Below, one piece after another: positions 42,643 to 52,906 of a stretch of DNA of 64,000 nucleotides; the first letter of the stretch is position 1, and the number at the start of each line of letters is the position of its first letter. Below the pieces are notes generated by a model. It did no database searches. It worked only from the letters and a program-made list of their open reading frames with translations, and was not told the DNA's origin. Source of the stretch: Bdellovibrionota bacterium (GTDB lineage: Bacteria > Bdellovibrionota_C > UBA2361 > JBGSMV01); contig JBIKWF010000007.1 in the NCBI GenBank assembly GCA_044356455.1, positions 1 through 64,000 on the forward strand. Reading direction: 5' to 3'. Made by a program: the position numbers and the translations under genes.

Positions 42643-43818
42643 GTGGCGCTCAATAACTTTCTTTTCACGTCAGAATCAGTCTCAGAAGGGCATCCTGATA
42701 AGGTAGCAGACCAAATCAGCGATGCGGTGCTTGATGCCTATTTGGCGCAAGATCCTCGTAGCCGCGTGGCATGTGAGACTCTGGTAAAAAGCGACAATGT
42801 TGTCGTGGCGGGCGAGATTACCTCCAAGGGGAGTGTAAATTTTGATGACCTTGTTCGCGGCGTGCTTAGCGAGATTGGGTATGACGATCCTTCCATTGGA
42901 TTCGACGCTCAAACGGTCAAGCTTATTACGCTACTCACCCGGCAGTCCCCCGATATCAGCATGGGCGTTGACTCAGACAACGAGAAGCAGAAGGAGCAGG
43001 GAGCCGGCGATCAGGGCCTCATGTTTGGTTTCGCCTGCGATGAAACTCCCGAGCTTATGCCTCTACCGATATCAATGGCGCATCAGCTCATGAAGCGGCT
43101 CTCCTATCTTCGTAAGGAAGAGAAGGTGAAGTTTCTTAAGCCGGACGCAAAGAGCCAAGTGACGGTTGAGTATCGCGACGGCAAGCCTCAGCGCGTGCAC
43201 ACAGTAGTGCTCTCAACGCAGCACTCAGATGACATTAGCCTCAAGGATCTTGAGCGCTACGTAATTGATAATGTCGTGAAGAAGATTGTGCCTGACCGTT
43301 TCCTTGATAAAGAGACGCGTTATTTTATCAATCCTACGGGCCGATTTGTAATCGGTGGCCCAGTCGGGGACGCTGGTCTCACAGGACGAAAAATTATCGT
43401 TGATACTTACGGCGGATACGGTCGCCATGGTGGCGGCGCCTTTTCGGGAAAAGATCCTTCGAAGGTCGACCGCTCGGCGGCGTATGCCGCGCGTCACATC
43501 GCCAAGAATATTGTGGCTTCGGGCGTTGCAAAGAAGTGCGAAGTGCAAGTTGCCTATGCCATCGGCGTGGCGCGGCCAGTGGCAATCTACGTAGATACTT
43601 TTGGGACTTCTAAAGTAGCAGAAGAGAAGATCGGGGCAGCGGTTTCAGAGCTCTTCGATCTTCGTCCTCAAGGCATCATCCAGTCATTGGATATGCTTAA
43701 GCCCATCTACCGGGTAACTACCAACTATGGGCATTTCGGTCGTGAGCCCACAGGTAAGGGCGAGTTCAGCTGGGAGCGTACCGATAAAGTCGATGCGCTT
43801 AAGAGCGCGCTTCGCTAA
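42643..43818 (+). CDS. metK: S-adenosylmethionine synthetase
   Basis: [51 protein letters not shown]. Confidence 0.98.
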   Translation: MALNNFLFTSESVSEGHPDKVADQISDAVLDAYLAQDPRSRVACETLVKSDNVVVAGEITSKGSVNFDDLVRGVLSEIGYDDPSIGFDAQTVKLITLLTRQSPDISMGVDSDNEKQKEQGAGDQGLMFGFACDETPELMPLPISMAHQLMKRLSYLRKEEKVKFLKPDAKSQVTVEYRDGKPQRVHTVVLSTQHSDDISLKDLERYVIDNVVKKIVPDRFLDKETRYFINPTGRFVIGGPVGDAGLTGRKIIVDTYGGYGRHGGGAFSGKDPSKVDRSAAYAARHIAKNIVASGVAKKCEVQVAYAIGVARPVAIYVDTFGTSKVAEEKIGAAVSELFDLRPQGIIQSLDMLKPIYRVTTNYGHFGREPTGKGEFSWERTDKVDALKSALR

Positions 43819-43825
43819 AAGAGAC

Positions 43826-43912
43826 TTAGGGAGTCTCTGAAAAACTCACCTCTGTGTACCTCTGCGTCCTCTGTGGTTAATTTCTTCAAGAAAATTTCAC
43901 CACAGAGGACGC
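43826..43912 (+). mobile_element. MITE-like element, subtype A, right end missing
   Basis: ttag-ggagtctctgaaaaa, stem gcgtcctctgtggt/accacagaggacgc. Confidence 0.75.
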
Positions 43913-43958
43913 GAATTCTTACTTACACCCCATGCTGTGCTGGCACTCTGAGCGCAGG

Positions 43959-44405
43959 CTATCTGCGCGGGTTTCCAATGGTGGGCCCGTCGTAAGCATA
44001 GCCCGCGCGCGAGTCATCAACTCGAATAGTGCCCTGCTCTTCAATAACGTCGCTGCGGATTTCCTCAATTTCTTCCTGATTCTGGCGGATCCGATTTGAG
44101 TTTCGTTCGACCGCAGAATCTAAACTATTCCGTTCGCGCGCTTGCCCAATTTCGTGAACGGCAACTCCGACTACAATCCCCGCCGGAATTCCAATTGCGC
44201 CGCCAACCAGCGCGCTCTTTCCCACGCTTCCATTGCTCATGGCGCTACCGATGAGTGCTCCGGTTCCGGCACCTACTGCGGCGCCAGTGACGCCGCCCAC
44301 AAGCGCTGCGTCATCTGATGAACTCGCGGCGCAAGCCTGTAGTAAAGCTGCCGCAACGCAGGTGAAGAGCAAGGCGAGGGGGGAGGGCTGTGGGCGGAAC
44401 TTCAT
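43959..44405 (-). CDS. Glycine-zipper lipoprotein
   Basis: Lipobox LQAC; GGVTGAAVGAGTGALIG...GGAIG; coiled-coil tail. Confidence 0.8.
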   Translation of the reverse strand: MKFRPQPSPLALLFTCVAAALLQACAASSSDDAALVGGVTGAAVGAGTGALIGSAMSNGSVGKSALVGGAIGIPAGIVVGVAVHEIGQARERNSLDSAVERNSNRIRQNQEEIEEIRSDVIEEQGTIRVDDSRAGYAYDGPTIGNPRR

Positions 44406-44535
44406 GACCATTTCTCCAGGGTGGTTATATACCATGAGTGATATGGAGGATTTACCTAGTGATGTGCCCTTCTTTTATGGCGCCAGGGGGCCAGAGTGTT
44501 CAGCGTAAGATACTAAGATCACTTAAGATAATTGG

Positions 44536-44624
44536 ACCACAAAGGACGCTAAGGACGCAAAGAAAGCTCAATGAGGACTAGTAATTTCAGCGTATTCCTT
44601 TGTGTCCCCTGCGTCCTTTGTGGT
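44536..44624. repeat. TIR-less hairpin of the repeat family with the arms in opposite order
   Basis: accacaaaggacgctaaggacgcaaag...ctttgtgtcccctgcgtcctttgtggt. Confidence 0.65.
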
Positions 44625-44820
44625 GGAAACATTCAGGTGCCCTCATGGTGTGCTGTCTTCTCCAACTGGCTAAAATTACAGAGAAAAAATGTGTGCCTGG
44701 GGCGCGGGAGGCTTGCCATGAGGTGCTATCCGTCGCATCTTGCAGCTCGGGGAGTTGAGCTGTTGCCCTTGCGGTAGTAGCGACTTCCCTTCGACCATTT
44801 CTTTTTATTTCTGGTTGGCA

Positions 44821-45627
44821 ATGACGCTTCCGCAGTTGTTTCGTTACGAGTCGGATAAGATTCCTGTCCTACTAATCGTACTTCTTCTCGTAGCTGACCT
44901 CGCGGTCTATTTCCTCGCTCAAAGTTGGTGGGTAGTAGTGGCGTGGGCGCTCATCGGTTTCGCCCCGAAGGCCTGCATTTGCTCGTGGAATCACCACCAT
45001 CAACACGTCGCCACGTTTCGCCAGCGCGTTTTGAATCGAGTTCTTGAGGTTGTCTATGCGTTGCACACGGGAATTTCTACCAACGCATGGGTGCTTCATC
45101 ATGTGCTAGGGCATCATCTTAACTATCTTGATCAAACGAAAGATGAGTCAGCGTGGAAGGACGGGCAAGGAGTTCGCATGGGCCCCGCGCGTTATACTTT
45201 CACCATTGCGGGCACGGGTTATTGGCGCGCCTTTAAAGTGGGCAAAAAGCACCCAAAATATCAGCAGGAATTTCTTTCTTGCGGTGCGCTGACGCTCGCG
45301 CTGGTTGCGGTGCTTCTTTATTTTAATTGGTTTAACGCGCTCGTGCTGTTTGTTATTCCTATGGTGGTTGGGCTCCTCGTTACGAGTTGGCACACGTATT
45401 ATCATCACTCGGGGCTCGATACTGATGACCCCTATCAGGCGTCGCACAATATCACCCACCGCTGGTACAATATGCTGACCGGAAACCTTGGGTATCACAC
45501 CGCGCATCATGTAAAGCCTGGACTGCACTGGTCTAAATTGCCTGAATTCCATTCCACCATTAAGGATCGCATTCCTGCGCACCTGTACGTGCGCCCCTGT
45601 ATTCCCTTTAAGTGGATGCCAGGGTAG
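44821..45627 (+). CDS. Membrane fatty-acid desaturase-family protein
   Basis: His boxes NHHHQH, HHVLGHH, HTYYHH, GYHTAHH. Confidence 0.85.
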   Translation: MTLPQLFRYESDKIPVLLIVLLLVADLAVYFLAQSWWVVVAWALIGFAPKACICSWNHHHQHVATFRQRVLNRVLEVVYALHTGISTNAWVLHHVLGHHLNYLDQTKDESAWKDGQGVRMGPARYTFTIAGTGYWRAFKVGKKHPKYQQEFLSCGALTLALVAVLLYFNWFNALVLFVIPMVVGLLVTSWHTYYHHSGLDTDDPYQASHNITHRWYNMLTGNLGYHTAHHVKPGLHWSKLPEFHSTIKDRIPAHLYVRPCIPFKWMPG

Positions 45628-45630
45628 CGC

Positions 45631-46344
45631 GTGAATACGAAATCTTTCCCTTCCGACCGCAGTTCTACAGGCAAAGCCCCACGTGTGCGGCGCTGGAGCA
45701 ATCCCTATATCGAACGGCTGGGAAGCCTTCCCGAGCTTATTCTTGGGACTGAGGAACGTGAGCTAAGTGCTGAGGACCTGGCGACGCTTAAACGGCGCTG
45801 CGCAGAGACTCCGCGTTTGATGGTTGAACTTGGCTCTGGGTCAGGGTCACACCTCATTGATCAGGCCGAGAGAGAGCCGAATCGGCTCCATGTGGGAATC
45901 GAGCTGCGATTCAAACGTGTCGTTCGTACTGCGGAAAAGGCGGCTGAGAGAGGATGCCGCAACCTCTTGGTGCTACGCACAAGTTCCGACTATGTGACGG
46001 AATTGTTCGAGCCCAAAAGTATCGAGGTCCTCTATATCAACTTCCCCGATCCTTGGCATAAGAAGCGCTGGCGTAAGCATCGCGTTCTTAGTGATGAGTC
46101 CCTGGCGCGCCTCCATACTCTGCTCAAAGAGGACGGGGTGATATCTTTTAAGACGGATCACCGAGAATACTTTGAAGAGGTGGTAAGTGCCGCGCACGCC
46201 TCAGGGCTCTACAGAATTGAGCACTTATCTCTCAATTTGCATGCCAGTGAGCTTGTTACCTCGAATGTGGTGACTGAATTCGAGGGCCTTTTTCTCTCCC
46301 AGAATCTTCCTATTCACCTTCTTCAACTAAGGAAGATCGGTTAG
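45631..46344 (+). CDS. trmB: tRNA (guanine46-N7)-methyltransferase
   Basis: VELGSGSG, GIE, INFPDPWHKKR, FKTDH.EYF, TEFE. Confidence 0.93.
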   Translation: MNTKSFPSDRSSTGKAPRVRRWSNPYIERLGSLPELILGTEERELSAEDLATLKRRCAETPRLMVELGSGSGSHLIDQAEREPNRLHVGIELRFKRVVRTAEKAAERGCRNLLVLRTSSDYVTELFEPKSIEVLYINFPDPWHKKRWRKHRVLSDESLARLHTLLKEDGVISFKTDHREYFEEVVSAAHASGLYRIEHLSLNLHASELVTSNVVTEFEGLFLSQNLPIHLLQLRKIG

Positions 46345-46604
46345 GAGCCCTCCTGCGGTAACCACTACAGCTCGTGCCCGATATATCTTTCTTCGTAGGT
46401 TCCTAAGGACTTCTCGTAGGATTTGTAAGGACCAAAATTGAGTTTGGGGCCTAGTCGTGGCTTCAGTTACAATAAAGGCTCTCCTTGGGCTGATTGTCCC
46501 TGCGCGTTACCTCTGAAAATGACAAAATTGCGACAACATTCTTTGCAACGTTACGGGGTAGGCCTCGCATCATATGGGGGAGGACGGTGATAAGTCCTTG
46601 AAAG

Positions 46605-46622
46605 TTGTAACTAATTTGTAAC
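46605..46622 (+). promoter_or_regulatory. Direct repeat TTGTAAC-N4-TTGTAAC, possible OmpR/PhoB-type site
   Basis: 11-bp period, about 65 bp upstream of the small ORF at 46687. Confidence 0.35.
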
Positions 46623-46686
46623 AGAAATATCTCGCTGTGGTTTTGTAAGATTACGGTGGGTTAAACGAGCAGGTTTTGGAGGAAGT

Positions 46687-46866
46687 ATGGAGAAGATTAC
46701 TGAAGGTCAAGAGCGTATTCAGACCACGATTGGCGATCTTATTGAAGCTATCACTCAGATTGCCTTAGAGGCTGGAAAAACCGAGACCGAGGGTTATCGT
46801 CTCGCTTCTCTCACCATCGAGAGCATCTTGCGCAAGAATCGCAAGCACATCCCAGTAATAAATTAG
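46687..46866 (+). CDS. 59-aa small protein missing from the ORF track (MEKITEGQERIQTTIGDLIEAITQIALEAGKTETEGYRLASLTIESILRKNRKHIPVIN)
   Basis: GGAGGA RBS, ATG, amphipathic helices, followed by a strong hairpin. Confidence 0.7.
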   Translation: MEKITEGQERIQTTIGDLIEAITQIALEAGKTETEGYRLASLTIESILRKNRKHIPVIN

Positions 46867-46898
46867 ACAGACTTGGTCTAAACAAATCTTATCCTAAG

Positions 46899-46973
46899 CT
46901 CCCCTTAGTGTTCTCTGTGTTCTTAGTCGTTTATTAAAACAACCACTAAGAACACAGAGAACACTAAGGGGAG
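46899..46973. repeat. Long TIR-less hairpin (CTTAGTG variant) between convergent genes; possible bidirectional terminator
   Basis: ctccccttagtgttctctgtgttcttagt / actaagaacacagagaacactaaggggag. Confidence 0.8.
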
Positions 46974-46997
46974 GGTAAGTTTTTTGGCCACTTGTTC

Positions 46998-48104
46998 TTA
47001 GCTTTTGAGAGCCTCAAACAATTCTTTTCTTGCTTTTAAAGCGCCGTACGAAAAGAGTGCCGCGCTAGAGCATCCTAGTGATTGAGCCACATCAAGTTGA
47101 CGCAGTACGGCCTCTCCGTCAGGGCACTTGTAACATCCAATACCAGGTACGAGGGCTGACTGCTCATTTGCGAAAGCGAGCGCTTGGCGCAGCATGAGTT
47201 CAAAATGATGGGTATCAGCAGTGTAGGCCATCGGCAGAGCGCTACTTACAATCCCGTCCTGTAGCCACGTTCTCCAATCCTGAAAAGCGCTCAAGTAGGC
47301 GCGGTCACTCCAGCAAATCGTCGCTGCGGAAAGCTGCATTTTTTCTGGCATGAGGCCCCGGAAGCTTCGAACAAGCCCGGTGAGCTGAGCTCGTCTCCAG
47401 GCGTCGAAGGAAAGAGCTGCCTGAGCGTCCTGCCAGGTTGCGTGGCAGCCATCCTTAATCTCAACCTCAGTTGAGAAACCAGTTTGTTCACCAAATGCCG
47501 CAAGCGCTTGGCCATAACCAAGATCAATACCACGAGGAACGGTCGCCCCGGCTCTCATTGGGAGCATGTAGGGGTAGCGTATAAAGTCGAGGTGAATTCC
47601 GGCCAGGCTTGAGTAGCCGCGACCAAGTTCGTCCACAAGGGTGCACAAGTAGCTACGAACCGAAGGTGAACTAGGGTCAACCCACGCCCCGGGTGTATCC
47701 AGGATGGCCCCACCGGCTTCCTTGTGAGGACATTGGCTAAAGTCTTTATAGTCACTTAAAGAGCCGCCGAGAGAGTCCACAAGAAAACCCCCCTTGGAGA
47801 AGCGCTCAAGGGCCCACGGGGAGGGGCTCACTCCAAAATTACAGCAGTTAATCCAGGCATGCACTTCTATGCCCTTTTTCTCGGCTTGTTCGCAGGTGTA
47901 ACGAAGGGGATCAACCTCCGCCTTGGCCAGCATGGAAGAGTCGGCGATCCGCGACGTGTACCAGGCGTAGCCCCTGCGGTGCACCTGGAGGTATAGGGAG
48001 GAGATATTGAGAGCCTCGGCATCTGCAAGAAGACTATCAACTGCAGTTTTGGAGACGGGATTGAAGGAAGTACCCTCGGCTTCAACCCAAAGACCGCGTT
48101 TCAT
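46998..48104 (-). CDS. Glycoside hydrolase-like family 10 (GHL10/DUF187) protein
   Basis: RGLWV, LQVHRRG.AWY.S, DPL, IEVHAWIN, GIHLDFIRYP, QDW..W, PMAY. Confidence 0.85.
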   Translation of the reverse strand: MKRGLWVEAEGTSFNPVSKTAVDSLLADAEALNISSLYLQVHRRGYAWYTSRIADSSMLAKAEVDPLRYTCEQAEKKGIEVHAWINCCNFGVSPSPWALERFSKGGFLVDSLGGSLSDYKDFSQCPHKEAGGAILDTPGAWVDPSSPSVRSYLCTLVDELGRGYSSLAGIHLDFIRYPYMLPMRAGATVPRGIDLGYGQALAAFGEQTGFSTEVEIKDGCHATWQDAQAALSFDAWRRAQLTGLVRSFRGLMPEKMQLSAATICWSDRAYLSAFQDWRTWLQDGIVSSALPMAYTADTHHFELMLRQALAFANEQSALVPGIGCYKCPDGEAVLRQLDVAQSLGCSSAALFSYGALKARKELFEALKS

Positions 48105-48176
48105 TTACCATATCTCCCAAAACGATTGTAACCTAGGGGACATCTAACATATGCGAGCTATTGAGAGCACTCCCCT

Positions 48177-48932
48177 ATGATTGAAATAAAAAATGTTACG
48201 AAGCGATATGGGTCCTTTTGTGCAGTGAGCGATCTTTCATTGCAGGTCAATGACGGGGAAATTTTTGGATTCCTCGGCGTCAATGGGGCGGGAAAAACGA
48301 CGACCCTTCGAATGCTCGCTGGCATTCTCAAGCCAACTTCGGGTGTTCTCAAAATAGGTGGATTTGATGTTGAGCGGCAACCTCGCGAGGCAAAGAGTAT
48401 CACGGGATTTATTCCTGACCGACCGTATCTCTACTCAAAGCTCACAGGTAGAGAGTTTCTCTATTTTGTGTCCGACCTTTATAGCGTTCCCCCTAAGGAT
48501 GCCGAAGGCCGGATCGATCAGTTGCTTTCCGAATACCGACTGCTCGATTGGCAGGACGAGCTCGTAGAGAGTTACTCGCACGGGATGAAGCAGCGCCTCG
48601 CGACTTGCGCCGCTCTCGTACATCGCCCCAAGGTGCTTATTGTAGACGAGCCCATGGTCGGTCTTGACCCCCATGGGGCAAAGCTCCTTAAAGAGTCGCT
48701 TCGTTCCTATGCAAAGCAAGGGATGTCAATTTTGCTTTCAACCCATTCCCTGAATGTGGCCGAGGAGGTTTCCGATAGGCTCGCGATAATCCATCGCGGC
48801 AAGCTCATTGCGCTTGGAACTTTAAAAGAAATTCGAGAACGCTCCGGGAGAGAAAAGGAGGACCTTGAGCAGATTTTCCTTGAGCTTACCACCCAGGCTG
48901 CGGAAGGAGAGTCCAGGGAGATGTTTCAATAA
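48177..48932 (+). CDS. ABC-2 type ATP-binding protein
   Basis: GVNGAGKTT, YSHGMKQR, VDEPMVGLDP, STH. Confidence 0.93.
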   Translation: MIEIKNVTKRYGSFCAVSDLSLQVNDGEIFGFLGVNGAGKTTTLRMLAGILKPTSGVLKIGGFDVERQPREAKSITGFIPDRPYLYSKLTGREFLYFVSDLYSVPPKDAEGRIDQLLSEYRLLDWQDELVESYSHGMKQRLATCAALVHRPKVLIVDEPMVGLDPHGAKLLKESLRSYAKQGMSILLSTHSLNVAEEVSDRLAIIHRGKLIALGTLKEIRERSGREKEDLEQIFLELTTQAAEGESREMFQ

Positions 48933-49010
48933 ATTCTCCTACCAGTTTACTTTTCCCATTGAAAGCAATCCTGCCAGTTACGGTAGGGCGACCAGAAGTC
49001 CAGAGAGTAT

Positions 49011-50756
49011 GTGGTGAATCAAACGAGGAAAAGCGCGCATTTTCGCTTTGGGCCGGTGCTGTTAAGGCCACGACTCATCCCGCTTGTCCGCAGGCCTTGG
49101 GCGCGCAGTGATTTACCTGGAACATGGCTCAAAAATGGACTCCTCTTTGCCTTTATCACCGTTTTGCTATGGGGTCTTCTTGAGAGCACCGTCGTCGGTC
49201 TTGAAAGGCTCTATGCGGTCCCCGAGTCTCATCTCATAACTCCCGCAGTTCCACTTCACTTGATGTTTCTGTGCCTCCTCGGTCTGACGGCGCTTTCTGG
49301 CCTCGTGGGAACGCTCGCGTCACTTTTTCTATCAAAGGATATGGAGCTTATCCTTGCCTCTCCGCTTACCTGGCGCAGGCTCTTTTGGGGGAAGCTGCTT
49401 GAAATTACCATTCTCGCGTGCTGGTTCCCTGTGCTTTTTGTCGGTCCCGTGCTTGTTGGATTTGGAGTCTATTTTCATGCAGGGCCGCTTTTTTATCTTG
49501 GTTCCGCCCTCGTTCTTTTTACTCTTCTTCTTCTAGGAACTTCTTGCGCAATGACCGTAGTGACTCTTCTCGCACGGCTAGTTCCTGCGGCGCGGTTCCG
49601 TCAAATCTTGGTAGCCTCTGCACTTCTTGGAATGGTGACGGCGTATCTCCTCTTTCAAAGACTTGTTCCCCCCTCGGTAGCTACCAGTGAGGTGAGTGAG
49701 TTATTAAGGGCGGCGATTGCGAAACATTCGTGGCGCTATTGGTATGAGCCGGCTTCGCTTGGGGCGGCAGCTTTAGATGCCCTGCGCATAGGGGCGTGGA
49801 GGGCGGCCTTAGAATCTTATGGCATCTTAGCCGCGTTCACCGCCTTGAGCCTCAGCGTCTCCTTTCTCGCTCTTCGCGCTTTTTTTGAAGACGCGTTTTC
49901 GCGTGCGCGCAGCATGAAGTCTCTCTTTCGCATTAACAGCAAACGCGCCCAGCGCCGCGTCCTTTTGCTGCTATCCTTTGTTAAGGCGCCGACGCGTGCG
50001 CTTATCACCAAAGAATACAAACTTTTTGCGCGCGATATGATTCAAGCACTGCAGCTCATGGTGCTGCTTGGGCTGTGCGTCATGTACCTCTATAATTTTC
50101 AAATACTAAGAACAGCAGGGGAATCAGCGCCCATCGCCGCCGGGGCGCGGCTCTGGTGGAGCGCGCTGCTTGTTATTATGAATCTCGGAGTAGGGGGCCT
50201 TGTTATCACTACTGTCTGCATGCGGTTTGTGTTTCCTTCAGTTTCACTTGAGGGTCAGTCGTATTGGATACTTCAAGTGGCGCCTGTCACACCTCTTGAG
50301 CTTCTCAAAGCGAAGTTCTGGTGTTGGCTCATTCCTCTGGGAGCGATAACGAGTGTCATTATGGCAAGCGGTGCTCTCGCTATCCAGGCGGAGCCTCGGA
50401 TTGTGGCGGTGAGCGCTTTTGTGAGCTGGGTGTTTTGTTATGGGATTGTTGGTCTGGCGGTTGGGCTTGGGGCATTCTTCTCGAATTTTACCTGGGATCA
50501 TCCCGCGCAGTTGACCGCGAGCTTTGGGGCTCTTCTGTATCTATTTCTGAGCGTCATCCTGGTGGTGGGCTCAATGGTGCCCACCTCGGTGCTGGTCCTG
50601 CTGCGAACTGCACGTAGTCAAGGAATGAATTTTCCGCCCACTCAGTGGGCTGTTTTTGTAGTCCTCGCGTCAGCCTTTGTGGTGTACCTCAATTTCATCG
50701 CGCATCGCTGGGCTATGAAGCTTGGAGCCCAGGCGCTCGCTACCGTTTCCAAGTAA
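49011..50756 (+). CDS. ABC exporter permease
   Basis: Many TM helices; 'FLSKDMELILASP', 'KEYKLFARD', 'RFVFPSVSLEG'; follows the ABC ATPase. Confidence 0.8.
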   Translation: MVNQTRKSAHFRFGPVLLRPRLIPLVRRPWARSDLPGTWLKNGLLFAFITVLLWGLLESTVVGLERLYAVPESHLITPAVPLHLMFLCLLGLTALSGLVGTLASLFLSKDMELILASPLTWRRLFWGKLLEITILACWFPVLFVGPVLVGFGVYFHAGPLFYLGSALVLFTLLLLGTSCAMTVVTLLARLVPAARFRQILVASALLGMVTAYLLFQRLVPPSVATSEVSELLRAAIAKHSWRYWYEPASLGAAALDALRIGAWRAALESYGILAAFTALSLSVSFLALRAFFEDAFSRARSMKSLFRINSKRAQRRVLLLLSFVKAPTRALITKEYKLFARDMIQALQLMVLLGLCVMYLYNFQILRTAGESAPIAAGARLWWSALLVIMNLGVGGLVITTVCMRFVFPSVSLEGQSYWILQVAPVTPLELLKAKFWCWLIPLGAITSVIMASGALAIQAEPRIVAVSAFVSWVFCYGIVGLAVGLGAFFSNFTWDHPAQLTASFGALLYLFLSVILVVGSMVPTSVLVLLRTARSQGMNFPPTQWAVFVVLASAFVVYLNFIAHRWAMKLGAQALATVSK

Positions 50757-50954
50757 GGCCTTTTGATCTTTTTTTGAGCCAGGATAACCCTCTTTGAGTT
50801 CCTCGCGAGACTGCCGGGGCAGCGCTTGCCTTTTTTGCGGGCGAGATTCCCCAGCCAAAAACCGCCGGTGTGAAAATTAGAATGCCAAATACTCGTAAGA
50901 GAATTTGGTAACATTACTTTCCGTTCCCTAGTCAATGTGTGAGTAGCACATTTG

Positions 50955-50970
50955 TGGCATGCGCGTTGCA
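50955..50970 (+). promoter_or_regulatory. Sigma-54 (-24/-12) promoter
   Basis: TGGCATGCGCGTTGCA: GG-N10-GC with exact spacing, about 50 bp upstream of an RBS and ATG. Confidence 0.65.
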
Positions 50971-51021
50971 CTACGAGCAAATGAAACTTTGCGCACGACT
51001 GAAGCTACTGAAAGGAGTTTT

Positions 51022-51527
51022 ATGAGAAGCGATCGAAAGCCGTCCTCCCTGCGAAGCTATTTATCCCTGTGCTGCCTTGCTGTGTTGCTTGCTCATCCAG
51101 CGCTTGGGCGCGCCGATGATTTTGAAACGACGATTCTGCCTGAATGGTTTCTTCCGACTTCAGTAAATGCGGGAGCCCACGTGGCGGGGTATCTTCAGGT
51201 AAGCACCTACTTGCATCTTCCTGCGACATTCTCAACGACAGATGGATCTCTTCAAATACTGGTTCTCCAATTCAAGTGCTTGGGCTTGCAGACAACGAGG
51301 CTATGGTGGGAAAGACCCTGACGGGCGGGACCTTTGTCTTTAAAGAAGCAGGCAATGATGAGTGGGTTTCCCTCAGCTCTCCAGAGTTGATTGGGAATCT
51401 CCCTTGGCAGATTCAGGAGGTGATTCAATATACTCCTGAGGGGTTTCTATTGGTAAAGGCCTCGCTCGAGCAGCCAGGTCCTGACCTTGTGCGCCACCTG
51501 CTCTTGCAGCCTTCAGTCGAATCCTAG
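51022..51527 (+). pseudogene. Secreted protein apparently split by a frameshift near 51240-51275
   Basis: AAAGGAG RBS, ATG at 51022 and signal peptide; protein-like sequence continues in another frame (SPIQVLGLADNEAMVG...HLLLQP) to 51527. Confidence 0.5.
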
Positions 51528-51531
51528 TTCC

Positions 51532-51576
51532 TCGCGAGTCCTTCGCGTGCCACGAGTAATGTCAGTTTATAGGTGG
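51532..51576. repeat. 45-bp copy (41/45 identical) of the internal segment 53395-53439 of the neighbouring lipoprotein gene
   Basis: tcgcgagtccttcgcg(t/c)gccacgagtaatgtcag...taggtgg at both positions. Confidence 0.85.
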
Positions 51577-51633
51577 AGTTGGGGGGCGGGGAGCTAGGCT
51601 GGAAACTCTCGCCGAGTTTTCTCTGGGGGCAAT

Positions 51634-52620
51634 CTAGGCGAATCGATCAGTTCGATTTCCTACTTGACCGTTGTCCTTACGCCCAATCAACTGGGCGCAA
51701 GCTCGTAGTCCCTGAGCCTCTTCGCCTGAGGCACTTTCTGCTAATTGCATGAGAGTCTGCTCCTGCTGCTTTGGCGTTTTGGAACCGTTAAGGTAAAGTT
51801 CTCGTCGAATGAGATCCGCAGCAGCGAATCTATCTCTTTCAGAGTCAATTGTAGAACTTATCCCGAGTCGGGCCATTCGGCTTGCTAGACTTGGGGCTGC
51901 AAGTAGCGAGATGCACTTACGTAGCTCATCAGACTGGTTCGAATCTTGAACGGGAATTCGGGACAGCATATTGCATTGGCTTCTAGAATCCTTGGCTCCA
52001 AGCATGCAAAGGTGCTCTCTTAGCTCGCAGATGAAGAGGGTCAGTTCTTTGGTTGAATAGGCCCTGCCGTATCTCGCTAGATGTGTTGCTAGCTCGGCAA
52101 TCTCCCCTGGGTCTTTGCGTCTAATTAGTCGAGCGCAAGCTTGTATCTCCTGAGCCTTTTCACCCGCGACTCTTTCTGCCATTTGCATAAGAGCCTGCAT
52201 CTGACGCTCTGGCGTTTTGGCACCGAGAAGGCAAAGTTCTCGTCGAACAAGCTTAGCGGTAGCTAAGTTATCAATTCTAGAATCAAGGTCAGAATTCTTG
52301 CCAAGTAGTGCCATTCGGCTTGCGAGCTCGCGGGCATCAAACTGCGAGGCGCACCGCCGCAGTTCCTCAGACCTGCCCGGCATATGATGAGCAATGCGAT
52401 TAAACAAGTCTCTTTGGCAATTAGGATCTGAGACTCCAAGTTTACAAAGGTGCTCTCGTAAATCGCAGATGGCGTGAGTCAGTTCCTTGGCTGAATAGAC
52501 CATGCTTTTTCTTGCAAGATCTGTGGCTAGGTCGGCGATCTCATCTAGAGAATCTGAACGAAGTGTAGCAACTTTAATTTTGGAACAGAGGCCCTGCATC
52601 ATAAGGATCCTGACATTCAA
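51634..52620 (-). CDS. Helical hypothetical protein made of two 146-aa repeats
   Basis: EIA.LAT.LAR...KELT..IC.LREHLC.LG...LASRMA.LG...RREL...KTP..Q...ACA.LI.RKD occurs twice; 438-bp DNA period. Confidence 0.7.
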   Translation of the reverse strand: MNVRILMMQGLCSKIKVATLRSDSLDEIADLATDLARKSMVYSAKELTHAICDLREHLCKLGVSDPNCQRDLFNRIAHHMPGRSEELRRCASQFDARELASRMALLGKNSDLDSRIDNLATAKLVRRELCLLGAKTPERQMQALMQMAERVAGEKAQEIQACARLIRRKDPGEIAELATHLARYGRAYSTKELTLFICELREHLCMLGAKDSRSQCNMLSRIPVQDSNQSDELRKCISLLAAPSLASRMARLGISSTIDSERDRFAAADLIRRELYLNGSKTPKQQEQTLMQLAESASGEEAQGLRACAQLIGRKDNGQVGNRTDRFA

Positions 52621-52906
52621 TTTCTCATTGCATTTTGCGGGCGTGATCTACTCACACTGTTCTTAGCGCGTTCCCAAGTTCATTATGTGCCCCATATCAG
52701 CTTAGGTGACCTAGTCGGTGAATAATTCAGGCAAATGCATTAAATATCAAAGGCTTAGGTATCAGCAATGGTGCCGCGAATCGGCATTGAGGCGGGAAGG
52801 GATTGTTCTGCCTTTGTCCAAGCTCAAATCTTTTGCTAAGGAGTATAAAGAATTCGTAAGGGGGCAGTCCTCTCGCGTTCAACAGGTTTCCGAGAGATTT
52901 CTCGAA

